From Torpedo marmorata (Eukaryota), in NCBI GenBank assembly GCA_977017645.1, contig OZ360220.1, forward strand, positions 290,346,001-290,410,000: a stretch of DNA of 64,000 bases. Direction: 5' to 3'. Position 1 is the stretch's first letter; each line of letters begins with the position of its first letter. Under the pieces are notes generated by a model. It was not told where the DNA came from and searched no databases. It was given only the letters and a program-made list of their open reading frames with translations. Shown in pieces: positions 24,801-36,520 of this stretch. Position numbers and translations under genes: made by a program.

Positions 24801-27800
24801 AATGTGAGCTTGTCTCAAAAATGTGATTTTTATCCTGGTGCAATAATTCTACAACATGCAAAATGGTCTTACTCATAAACAGTAATTAAATAAACCACTG
24901 GCTTCCATGATCTTTTGATGGAAAAATGTGGAAAATACTTTTATTTATTGGAACCAAGTTCAAAAATCATACATGATACCAATTTGAAATATTCAAAGCA
25001 AGACCTGAATTTAATTCTCTCCATGTGAATTTTGCAAACGATTCCCTATGCACAAATATTACTGAAATCTAAACTTCTCCATAAAATTATGTCAAACATT
25101 ATGAAAAGATGTTCATAGGACAATCTCGTAATGTGCATAGGTCAATACAGTGAAATAAACCACAGAAAAATAATTTCTGTAATTTTCACATGATTCTGGA
25201 ATAGCTAGAAAAAGGTGACATTTTTAGCAATGGATTATAGACAAATAAAAATACATTTTTCTTCCCTTCGTGGTCTGTGACCTTTCTTAACATTCCCTAA
25301 TTTGTAACAGTTAATAATAATCTATGGGTTTCTGAACAGGGTTTTCAACCTTCTAATGTAACACAGATTTAGAACACTGAATTCCTGATAAACAGAGATC
25401 TACACATGCTATGCTCTGAAAAGCACTCTTAGTTAATAATTTTATTTATAGTTGTGATTTTTTTAATGAATTTATAGCTGTGGACCCTTCATAAACAAGT
25501 CCTTTATAAAGACCTTTGATCTTCTGTTCAGTCTCTTTTTTGAATATAATCTTACTGCAGTACTGTACTAAATTACACTTTAACAAAATTTAGCTGTAAA
25601 ATAAAAAAAATCATGCTGCCTCAAACTGAGAAGTTCCATTGTAAGATGATACAGTATTGTCTTGCTTTAAAATAAAATGTGGCAATACTTAGATGCAGAT
25701 TTATTTGCAAACAATAAAACTTTGATTATCCACTTTTTTCCTCCTAATGCAAAATGGCAATGGGCTATACGAAGAAACGGAAAAATGTGTTGCAGGCATT
25801 TTGTGCCCAGCAACACTGGGATAGCCACTATTGGAACCGTCGCCTTCCCTACAACAGATGGTTTGTAACTGTGAACCAATATATGATCTGACTGCCATCC
25901 AGTCATTGTTATGTATCAGGTCCTGTTATATTTGGATGGTTCCTTTCTCTACTTCTAGCTATGCATGTAGGGCTTATACACGCAAACCAGTCATTACTGT
26001 ACCACCACATCACTGCAGCGCAATGCCAACTGACTGACTTTCTGCCTCAATGTACATTTTCATCACATTACTTCTGCTATTCTAACTCTTCCAGTTCTGA
26101 ACACTATCAATTATGCAAAAGAATAACAGAGCCATGGCTTTGAGATGTAACATAAAGGACGATTATGAGTGTAAATAATTTAGACACCTGCGTGCCATGC
26201 TCGTTTTAGCAGTGATACTAGCCCAGTGCAAGTAATGTACCGACAGGGCAAGTTCCTCCTCCTAATGTACTGACAGCTCCCAGTTTTACTTTCAAGCCAG
26301 CACAATGTTACTGCATTATTCAGTCAGTAGTCTCTTGTCACTGCTGAATTTCAGTATATATTTTTCATCATCTTTTCCTATTCATCGTTTAGAGGCAGAA
26401 ATACAAATAAAGATTAGTCCAAAAAGGGTCTTTTTTTAAATAGAGGTCAAGTATTAATGTGGCCTCTTTGGACATTTGTCTAAAGTATTACCACACCTTT
26501 CTTTGTTAAGAATTAAAAGTAAATCCCGTGCCCACATTGCAAGGTCCTCACATCTCCCCAGACTTCGGAAACGCAGCTGCAGTCACGTCACTGAAACTAA
26601 TGGGAAGATTGCGTGTTACCGATCAGTTCTCAAATTTTTTTTGTATCCTGGGCTGAGGTCACTCTCTGTAGTTACAAAATTTTAACTACGAGTTTGTCTC
26701 ACGCTACCTCAGAAACCAAAGCACTTAAGCTATCTTATTTCTTTAGAAATTGCAAATTGAAAGAATAGATATATTTGTATGAATGTTTTAAATTTCATAG
26801 ATTAATACATCTGAGAATTATAATTGCCAGTGTAAAATCATTTTTTAAACACTCAAAATAAAGTTAGCTTTCTCTCTATTTGACGTGCAAGGTTTTTTGA
26901 ATTGCCACTAAAAGAATGCCGCTATAAATGAATGGGCAATCTGTTCCTACTTTCATCCCAGTAAAACAAAAATTTTCAATAAAAACAAATGCTTCTAATG
27001 GAGCACAAACAATAATTACAGTTCTGTAGTTTTTTTTTAAAACAGATAACCAGTCACATGCCTATGGTTACATTTCAAGGAAATTTATAACTCATAATAT
27101 AGACTTAGAATCTATGTTGGATCTTAAATACCAACAATAAGTTTATCAACGGACTCAAGAAAATTACAAGCTCAAATACTTGCATTATATTTTTTCATGC
27201 ATGCTGTAGAATTAAAAGATCGGATAATTCTGGAAATGCATTGCAGGCTTATTAACATTTGTAAACACATTGTAGATTCAATGTTTATAGTAGAAAATTA
27301 TGAATAGAACTGGAAATTTATTAAAGGGGTTATACCCAAAGCACTAACCTCATCTTTTTACAAATCGTAACATCTTTTATCACTACTTTAATTCATGGTC
27401 GATAAAACACTGCATATTTATTAACATTTGTAAATGGAAATTATAATGGTTATATTGCAGATCTTTTAATAGAACTAGGATTCTTTTAAAGGGTCAACTC
27501 CCAAAATATTAACCTCTCCTCTTTTCACTTACACTGTGATTTTCTAGCGTTACTTTTTCTCAAACCATTCTTTCATGTGAGTGAAGACAATTTTATCTCC
27601 ATACGAATACATTTCTAAAATTATTTTTGATTACTGCAATCAGAATTTAACAACTATATGGAAAAAACTGTAATGTCTGAAAAAAAACACCATCTTGAAC
27701 AAAAAAATGCATTTCTCTTTCATTCAACCATCAAAATAAAAATTATTTTCATCATCAAGTTTAGATTCTAAACAATGGGAAAAATGGCAACATTCTAAAA

Positions 27801-27952
27801 TGTCAACTATGAATCTGTTCACATTTTTTAAAGGATGTTATGTGACAGACATTGTGTTTTTATATAAAATAAAGCATCCAAATATTATTATGAAATAAAG
27901 GAAGCACAATTTCATGAAAAGCTCCCATTCCCTGCATATGAAATTTGCATGT

Positions 27953-28782
27953 AGAAAATTATAGGAGACCAATCTATAATGTACATTTATAGCAATTAAC
28001 ATACTATTCTGACACAATTCTTCATCACTTATATTTGACTCCACAGAAATTTCATAAATTTAAACCAGAATTATCAGAGATGTGCTTTAGATGTGGAACG
28101 GAGGTTGGTTCTTTTTTACATTCAACATGGATGTGCTGTAAGCTGAGACAATTTTGGCATAATCTCTGTGACATTTTATCTAAAGTTACTGGAGTTACTC
28201 TAATTTTAGATCCAGAGATATGCCTTTTGGGAAATTTTACTACTATTAAGACACCTTAACCAGATATCAAATTATATTTTTGGGAATAGCTTTTTGTGTG
28301 GCTAGAAAGTGTTTAATGACTACTTGGAAGTAAGATTCCCCATTGTCTGTTGATAGATGGACCTCAGAAATAAATACGGTAGTTGTATTCCATTGGAGAA
28401 AATTACATATAACATTAAAAACAAACAGGTTATTTTTTATAAAATTTGGCAACCTTATTTAGATTATTTGGGGTCAGGATAAATTAAATCAAAGAAGATT
28501 TGTTATTAATTTGTTTTGGGTTCCTTCACGCGACAAGCCCTGTTGCTGGGAAGCCTTGGAGTTTTTCTTTTATATATTTGAAATTAGTAATTATATAAAC
28601 ATTGTCGACCATTTGTTTTGTTTAGTTTTTTTTCTCTCTGGGGGGGGAGGGTTGGGGTAATTGTTTTTTTTTAAATATTATATATGTTACTTTTATTGTA
28701 TTACTATATAATGTGATATCTGCTTTTGAAGTATTTTGTTTCATTGTTTGTTAAAAATTAAAATATATATATTTTTTTAAAA
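27953..28782 (+). mobile_element. 5'-truncated L1-clade LINE with inverted 5' segment
   Basis: The forward part encodes HLYLTPQK...CFRCGTEVGSFLHSTWMC...IPLEKITY. The segment 27953-28025 is the preceding ORF2 piece (ELCQNSMLIAINVHYRLVSYNFL) on the minus strand. TSD ATGAA(A/C)TTTGCATGT at 27938-27952 and 28783-28797. Confidence 0.88.
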
Positions 28783-29295
28783 ATGAACTTTGCATGTCTT
28801 GTTTACTACAAGTTCTCAATGATCTTTCATGTTTTTATTGGCCGAAAAACACTGAACATGCCAAAATTCAATCAAGGAAATGTGTCATCTCTTCCTTCAC
28901 AGACCAATAAATGGACACAACTCAAACCAGGCCAGATATTAGAAAATAACACAAAATGATGGAAAATCAAACAGAATTTGCTTAAAATGTAATGGTTCCT
29001 CTATCGAATTGTATACAAGGAAGCAGCTGTAACTTTGATCAAATATATAAAAATGTGTATTTATGTAGCAGCTTTCAATGAATCCCTTTCAGTGGGTTCC
29101 AAGGTGATTTAATGAAGTATTTTTGAAGTGTGGTTCCCCATTGTAACATCATAGCCAACTTATGAATAGCAGGCTCCCATAAACACTAATGTGATGATAA
29201 CAGATAATTTGTTGAGTGAAGCTTAATGAGGCATAATCATTGGCAATAACCAGGAATAACTCCCCTTTTCTTCTACAAAGTCCTGGATCTTTAAC

Positions 29296-30385
29296 CCTGT
29301 TCCCTATAAGGATTCCATTCCATTCTCTCAATTCCTCTGTGTCCGTCGCATCTGCACCCAGGATGAGGACTTCCATGCCAGATCATCAGAGATGTCCTCC
29401 TTCTTCAAACAACGTGGCTTTCCCTCTACCACCATCAACTCACCCGCATATCCTCCATCAACCGCACATCTGCACTGGCCCCCTCCGCCCCCATGCGCAA
29501 CAAGGACAGGATTCCCCTTATCCTCACCTGCCACCCCACCAGCCTCCGCATCCAACATATCCTCCTCTGCCATTTCCACCACCTACTACGTGATCCCATC
29601 ACAAGACACATATTCCCCTCTCCGTCTTCTGCAGGGACTGCTCCTTCCGTGACTCCCTTGTCCACTCCTCCCTCCCCACCAATCGTCTCCTTGGTACCTA
29701 CCCCTGTGACTGCAGGAGATGCTCCACTTGCGCCCGCACCTCCTCCCTCACCACTATTCGGGGCCCCAAACAGTCCTTCCAAGTGAAGCATCATTTCACA
29801 TGAATCTGCAGGGGTCATCTGCAGCATCCGCTGCTCCTGTAATGGTCTCTTCGACATCAGAGAGACTGGGCGCAGACTGGGAGATTGTTTTGTTGAGCAC
29901 CTCTGCTCTGTCCGCCGCAATAGCGTGGATCTCCCAGTGGCCACCCATTTCAACTGCCCATCCCATTCCCTTGCTGACATATCTGTCCATGGTCTCATGC
30001 ACTGCCAGACCAAGACCACTCGCAAATTGTAGGAACAACACCTCATCTTCCGACTGGGCACCCTCCAACATTGACTTCTCTGGCTTTCGTTAAACACCCC
30101 CCCCCTCCCCTCCCCCAGCTTTGTCTCTCTCCTTTTTCCATCTCCTTTCACACAGAAAAAATCAATTCTCACCTCTCCCCTTATCCTATCCAATTAACAC
30201 CTTTTGTTGGTCTGGACTCCTCCCCCAGACAGCACTGTCTGTATTCTGAGATTTCCTGTTTTTTGATCATTCTGCTTGTTCCTTGAAGAAGGGCTCAGGC
30301 CCGAAATGTCAGCAATATATCTTTGTCTCCTATGGGTGCTGAAAGACTGGCTTAGTTCCTCCAGCATTTCAGTGTGTTTCTACTA
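29296..30385 (+). mobile_element. 5'-truncated Penelope-like element (GIY-YIG region and terminus)
   Basis: Remnants NKDRIPLILTCHPTSLRIQHI and SAGVICSIRC-like, homologous to 34487-36157. Perfect 10-bp TSD GATCTTTAAC at 29286-29295 and 30386-30395. Confidence 0.88.
30277..30316 (+). ncRNA. Minimal type I hammerhead-ribozyme-like motif (variant core) in Penelope terminus
   Basis: CC-TTGAAGA-A-GGGC-TCAG-GCCC-GAAAT-GTC: a core-like box, a 4-bp stem II, GAAA and a GUC triplet. Stem I is degenerate in this copy. Confidence 0.5.
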
Positions 30386-30761
30386 GATCTTTAACATTCA
30401 ACTGAAAAAGTAATCATGCTCTCAATTTTGTTGCCTCACCTAAAATACAGTATTTAAGTACTGCAATGAAGTATTACGGTAATCTACATATAATGTTCAA
30501 GTCTTTTGAGTTGAAGTGAACAGAGACTCAGAGGCATCAGTGCTACCTATCGAGTTAAAGCTGACATTGAAATGTTTACTGCTTTAGGCTTTAAGGAATA
30601 CTAGAAATAAATAATATTCTCTTAGGCCTTTAACCCAAATTGAAATGACCACAAACCTTATAAACAGGTCAGTGAATGATAACCTGGAATGAGCATTTTG
30701 TAAATTTCCACTCTCTCTCTCCCCCTCTCACACACACACTTGGATAAAGATTTTGTTGACA

Positions 30762-32698
30762 GAACCAATAAGTTCACTACGTAAATTATATTTAAGACTG
30801 GAAGAATATGGGAAAGTATCGGGTTACAAAATAAATTGGGATAAGAGTAAAATTATGCCCCTCACTACAGGGGATTATACTCAGTGTCAAAGAGAAACCC
30901 AATATAAATGGCCGACAAATGGTATAAAATATTTAGGTATACGAGTAGATAATAATTTAAACAATTTATATAGACTGAACTATTTACCTTTACTGAAGAA
31001 AATTGGAGAAGATCTCAATAAATGGATGACGTTACCAATAACATTGTTGGGTAGAGTTAATTGTGTAAAAATGAATATATTTCCTAGAGTACAATATTTG
31101 TTTCAAACATTACCGATATTGTTACCACAAAAGTTTTTTCAAGAATTAAATAAATATATAAGGAAGTTTCTTTGGAAGGGTAAGATGTCGAGGGTTTCTT
31201 TAGAAAAATTAACATGGAAATTTGAGTTGGGAGGCTTACAGCTTCCAAATTTTAAGAATTATTATAAAGCATCTCAAACGAGATTCATTGCATCTTTCTT
31301 TGAAGGAGAGAAAATACCAGAAGATTTTATATATAAATGGGAACCTAAACTAATAACAGGTGAGAGAGAAACCCCTTTGTTGAAACATTTAATTAATATT
31401 TGGAATAAGATAAACATTGATGATGAAACGAGGGGACCTCTGTTATTAAAAATGCCTTTGATCCAAAATCGACTTATTCCTTTTACAATGGATAATCAAC
31501 TTTTAAACATATGGTCTCGTAAAGGAATTAGATACATAGAAGATTGTTATGAAGGGGATAAATTAATGTCATTTGAACAATTAAGAAATAAATATGGGAT
31601 ACAAAATAATACACTTTTTTGTTATTTTCAGTTAAGAGCATATTTAAGAGATAAATTGGGACCAACAATGTTATTACCGAAATCTAGTGATATTGAAATT
31701 TTGATTCGAAATTTTGATTACTTCAGTCATGTATACTTTACTACAAGAGAGAACTTCTAAAAAAGGGATTCATAGGTCTAGACAAAGATGGGAGATGTTT
31801 CTGATTATTAATATTGACTAACAAAATTGGACGGAATTATGTCGAGATAGTATGACAAATACAATAAATGTTAGGTCTCGATTGGCTAAATATAACTTTT
31901 TACACCAATTATATCTTACACCACAAAAATTGAAAAGGTTGAAATCAGATTTATCAGATCAATGTTTTAGATGTAATCAGGAAATAGTTACTTTTATGCA
32001 TTCTACTTGGTCCTGCCCTAAAGTAAGATCTTTTTGGACAGACTAAGAACTCTTTTGGAGCAGATTATAGGAATTAAATTTCCACAAGATCCAATGTTGT
32101 TTTTATTAGGTAATATTAAGGGGATAAGACCCAAATTGAAATTAAATATCTATCAAAAAGAATTTGTAAAAATTGCACTAGCAAAAAAATGTATAGCAGT
32201 AACTTGGAAATCAGACTCCCATTTGGGTATGGAACGGTGGAATACAGAAATGAGTAGCTTTATTCCACTTGAGAAGATTACTTATAATTTAAGAAATAAA
32301 TATGATGTATTTTTGAAAATTTGGTGCCCATATTTACAAACTGTGGGAATAAATTTATAGATATTTCCCCACCTCGAGTACCTTGTCAACCTCCCTGAGA
32401 GAATTTTTTTTTAAAAAATCGTAATTAATTAGAATCGTGTGGTGGGTAGCGACTTCTTAGCAGCCAGGTTACTTTATCTTTCTTTATAATTTTCTTTTCT
32501 TATTTCTCTTCTTTCTCCTTTTTTTTTCCTTTCTGGGGTTTTGGTTCGGGGGAGGGGGGTGGGGATTTTCTCTCTTTTTCTTTTTATATACAATCATGTA
32601 TAAATGAATCAATAATTTAATATTCTATTATGTATTTTATAAACTATACATGTATGGATGAAAATTTTTCTTAAATAAAATATTCCAAATAAAAGAAT
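30762..32698 (+). mobile_element. 5'-truncated L1-clade LINE (ORF2 C-terminal half, frameshifted)
   Basis: ORFs 30753-31760, 31852-32046 and 32034-32360 contain YGKVSGYKINWDKS, IKYLGI, GRVNCVKMN, GGLQLPN and CFRC...HSTWSC. Possible TSD ATTTTGTTG(A/G)CA at 30750-30761 and 32699-32710. Confidence 0.92.
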
Positions 32699-34149
32699 AT
32701 TTTGTTGGCAAATAAACAAATACAGTATTTGTTTGTTTGAGACTGGAACAGTCAGGTGTATAGTTTTTTATCCGTATATGAAATAATTGTATACTCATGT
32801 CTGCAGAACAATACTTCCTTAGCAAAATGACTTATTCAAGCAAGTAATTCTTAGTTAAATTTGTAAATCACTGCACATATTTCTCCAACTACTACTCTCC
32901 TAGACACTAAGCATTATTATATGTTACTAACAAATTATTTAAAATAAATGAATTATTTGAATTAACAGCAAAGAACAAGTTTCATCGAAATTTTGATTAG
33001 CTTGGTCAAGACATGATTTCCGTACACAACCTTACACGTAGTCATGATCAAAAGATTTCACAAAATCCTTAGCATTTGACTTTTTCAATAAATATTTTAT
33101 TTTTGGTTCCATTCTGGTGGGTGTTTGTTTTTCAATTTTTAATCAGTGTTTACCAACATAAATTATTGTCAGTAATCTATATTCCTATTTTGAAGGCAAT
33201 GTGGAACATTCTTAAAACAAGAAAAATTAAAATGCATATTCTGCAAGGCTGAAATATACTGCCATTATGGAGTTTTGTCAGTGGGGAAAAAAACTGAAGA
33301 CAGATTTTTCCTGGTAATGCCCTCTAGGGATTTTTTTTTTTAGTTTGTTAATGAGTTGAAATTGAATAATCCATGCCGATAAATTCTCAAATCATACTTT
33401 TCACTCAATAGATTTCCATGGAATATATTTTTTTCCCAAAGCAGTATTGCTACTGCTTGCATATTACAGATAAACCACAGTACTAAAGGAGTTCAAAGTC
33501 CTGTTAAAAGAAATACGAACTAAGTTTCTAACAGATGTCATTGACTTTGAGATTTAACAAGATTAATTTGCTCAAAAGATTACATTCCAAACATTAAGCA
33601 AGATCGTTCATCCTGAAGTGGTTTAAACAATTCAGTTACAATTCACTCAATTTTACAAAATACTGGCAAACCTTTTAGTGGTAACCTGTCAGTACAAGAG
33701 CAATACCTGCACAGTATAATGTTACATTTTGTAACAAACTCAACAATACACATAAGTAAACATGAGCAAGAACTGCTTTATAATTAAATTGATACAAACA
33801 TAAATATTCTATGGATGTGGGCACACAAACTCTTCAACCATTTTTAAATTCAAGTGCAGTCAGTTGTGTGAGCTTGGGATCAAACTGCAAATGCAAATCA
33901 TGAACTAAATGGTCATGTTTGCATCAGTGTAATTTAGAAATTATTTTACTTTACTGTAATTGTTGGTAATAACCAAAACTGAAAATGCAATTTTGATAAT
34001 ACAATCTATTACTACAATGTCCATCTACTCTGATAATACAGTCCATCACTATTTTCAGCCAAACTCAATGGAGGCCGCCCTCAAGACACAAGAATACATG
34101 GTCAACTCCAGAAACCTGGGTACATTATTCAGGTTGACCTTTCATTACA

Positions 34150-34440
34150 CTTCTGATGTAGTGCTGCATTATTGGAAATTCTAACTTTCCAATGCAACCA
34201 TTAGATAATTAAGGTCACCTTTGTCCTTGTAGATCAATGTCAAAGATCATGAAGCACTTTTTAATGTATGTAAGAGTTCTTCTGGTGCTCTGTTCAGGTT
34301 TTAATACCCGATCACAACTAGATAAGCTGGTCATTGATCTCATTGTTGTTTGTAGAGCCTTCTTAAACACTTCATGATTAAAAAGTATTTATTAACAATC
34401 CCACGATTGGAAAATGTGCCACTGAAATGCGAGTTCTTCC
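34150..34440 (+). mobile_element. Highly decayed DeuSINE-like fragment
   Basis: GTGCTGCATT...AAAGATCATGAAGCAC...GAGTTCTTCTGGTG...CTGGTCATTGATCTCATTGTTGTTTGT resembles the Deu domain. Confidence 0.45.
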
Positions 34441-34556
34441 TTTCATATCTTCCTTTATTATTGTACCAAAATATCTGCCACTTATATCAATAAAAACACA
34501 GAGATGCTGGAGGAACTCAGCAGGTCTCGCAGCGCCCATAGGAGGTAAAGATATAT

Positions 34557-34592
34557 AACCGATGTTTCGTGCCTAAGCCCTTCTTCAAGGTA
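34557..34592 (-). ncRNA. Minimal type I hammerhead-ribozyme-like motif (U3 variant)
   Basis: Minus strand reads ACC-TTGAAGA-A-GGGC-TTAG-GCAC-GAAAC-ATC-GGT: stem I ACC/GGT, stem II with one mismatch. Confidence 0.55.
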
Positions 34593-34784
34593 CGAGTAAA
34601 TAGCAGGCAGGTGCCTGAAGTAAAAGGCTGGGGAGAAGGGAAGAAAGGGCAGGGGGAGGGAGGAGCATAGACCGACAGACAAAAGGGTGATAATTGGATA
34701 TGGATAGGAGGACAGGAGAGGAAAAGTGAGAATTGATCTGGGGAGGGGGTGTCTCTGTGAATGCAGAGCTGGAGGATAGGAGGC

Positions 34785-34801
34785 AGAGGGAAAGAGAGAG
34801 A

Positions 34802-34839
<38 letters not shown>
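34785..34839. repeat. (AG)n microsatellite within the Penelope 3' region
   Basis: GAGGGAAAGAGAGAGAGGGAAAGAGAGAGAG... Confidence 0.9.
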
Positions 34840-34842
<3 letters not shown>

Positions 34843-36189
34843 CAAAGGAGAAATAGGGATAGAAGAGGGAGGGGGGTGCTAACGGAAATTAGAGGTCGAT
34901 GTTAATGCCATCTGGTTGGAGGGTGCCCAGATGGAATAAGAGGTGTTGTTCTCCAATTTGCAGGTGGTCTCAGTCTGGCAGTGCACGAGTCCATGGACAG
35001 ACATGTCAGCATGAGAATGGGGCAGGAAATCCCCGCTATTGCAGTGGACAGAGCCAAAATGCTCAATGAAGCAATCTCCCAGTCTGCGTCCAGCCTCTCT
35101 GATGTAGAGGAGAGCACAACGGGAGCACTGGATGCAGTAGATGACCCCTGCAGATTCACGTGAAGCGTTGCTCCTCTTGGAAGGACTATTTGGGGCATCG
35201 AATGGTGGTGAGGGAGGAGGAGTGGGCACAAGTGTAGCACTTCCTGCGGTCACAGGGGTAGGTGCCAAGGGGTAATTGGTGGGAAGAGAGGAGTGGACGA
35301 GGCAGTTGTGGAGGGAGCGGTCCCTATAGAAGGCAGAGAGGGGAGAAGAGGGGAAGATGTGTCTGGTGGTGGGATCACGTAGTAGGTGGTGGAAATAGCG
35401 GAGGATGATATGTTGGATGCGGAGGCTAGTGGAGTGGTAGGTTAGGACAAGGGGAATCCTGTCCTTGTTATGCATGGGGATGGAGGGGGCTAGAGCAGAT
35501 GTACGGGTAATGGAGGATATGCGCGAGGACTGAGTTGATGGTGGTAGAGGGGAAGCCATGTTTTTTAAAGGAGGAGGATATCCCAGATGATCTAGCATGG
35601 AAGACCTTGTCCTGGAAATAGATGCGATGGAGACGGAGGAATTATGAGAAAGGAATGGAATCCTTACATGGGACAGGGTGTGAAGAGGTGTAGTCGAGGT
35701 AGCTGTGGGAGTTGGTGGGTTTGTAGAAAACGTCTGTTGAGAGTTTGTCCCCTGAGATGGAGCCAGAGAGATCGAGAAAGGGAGAGTGTTGCTCGAGATA
35801 GACCAAGTGAATTTGAGATCAGGGTGGATCTTGGCAGCAAAGTGGATGAAGTTGACAAGCTCACCATGGGTGCATGAGGCAGCATCAAAGTAGTCGTCAA
35901 TAAAGAGAAGAGTTGAGGGGCCTTACCTGTTTAGGCTTGTAGCATTGATTTTTCCACGTAGCCAACAAAAAGGCAGGCAGCTGGGTCCCATGCGGGTACC
36001 CACGGCTACCCCTTTGACTTGGAGAAAGTGGGATGAGTCAAAGGAGAAATTATTCAGGATGAAGACAAGTTCTGCCAGCTGGAGGAGGGTGGTGGTGGAG
36101 GGGGACTGGTTGGGTCTGTTGTCAGGAAAAAAAAAAGAAGGGTTTTGAGGCCTTCGGTATCTCACTTATACTGTGTGGTTTTTGTTCGA

Positions 36190-36520
36190 TCACTAGGGTA
36201 TCTACACAGGGTGATAGTATGATCCATCACTAGTGTAGTTCCACATTGTGACATTACAGTCAGAGTATAAATTCATAGTTGATCACTGAGGCATTTGTGC
36301 AAGAAAAATTACAATCAAGTCACTAGTACAGCTATAGTGTTATGCTGTAATCTACACAGTATGGCATCATAATTCATTACAATCATACCTACACAAAATG
36401 ATATTATGATCCATCTCAGATGTACCTATGCAACACGTTGTTCTGATGTATCACCGGTGTACTTTCACAATGTGACGTTGCAATTTATCAGACCTATACC
36501 TGCACTATATTATGTTAAGG
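36190..36520. repeat. Degenerate tandem repeat, about 37-bp period
   Basis: Units such as TCACTAGGGTATCTACACAGGGTGATAGTATGATCCA and TCACCGGTGTACTTTCACAATGTGACGTTGCAATTTA. Confidence 0.6.

Larger units (their letters stand above)
29057..30567 (-). mobile_element. Ancient DeuSINE-like element split by a Penelope insertion
   Basis: Flanks 29057-29295 and 30396-30567 join into a reverse Deu-domain-like sequence (GAAGTGTGG...CTCCCATAAACA...ATGTGATGATAACAGATAAT...AACTCCCC...GGATCTTTAAC) ending in a tRNA-like head (GACTCAGAGGC...GTGCTACC...GCTGACA). Recognised from memory of the consensus. Confidence 0.6.
34487..36157 (-). mobile_element. 5'-truncated Penelope-like element (RT C-terminus, GIY-YIG endonuclease, terminus)
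   Basis: NNFSFDSSHFLQVKGVAVGTRMGPS (PLE RT) and SAGVIYCIQCSRCALLYIREAGRRLGDCFIEH (GIY-YIG-like). The direct repeat CACTTATA at 34479-34486 and 36163-36170 is a probable TSD. Confidence 0.9.

Noticed and set aside
36190-36520. CRISPR-like array
   Set aside because: The context is vertebrate, the units are contiguous and degenerate with no conserved repeat/unique spacer structure, and there are no cas genes.
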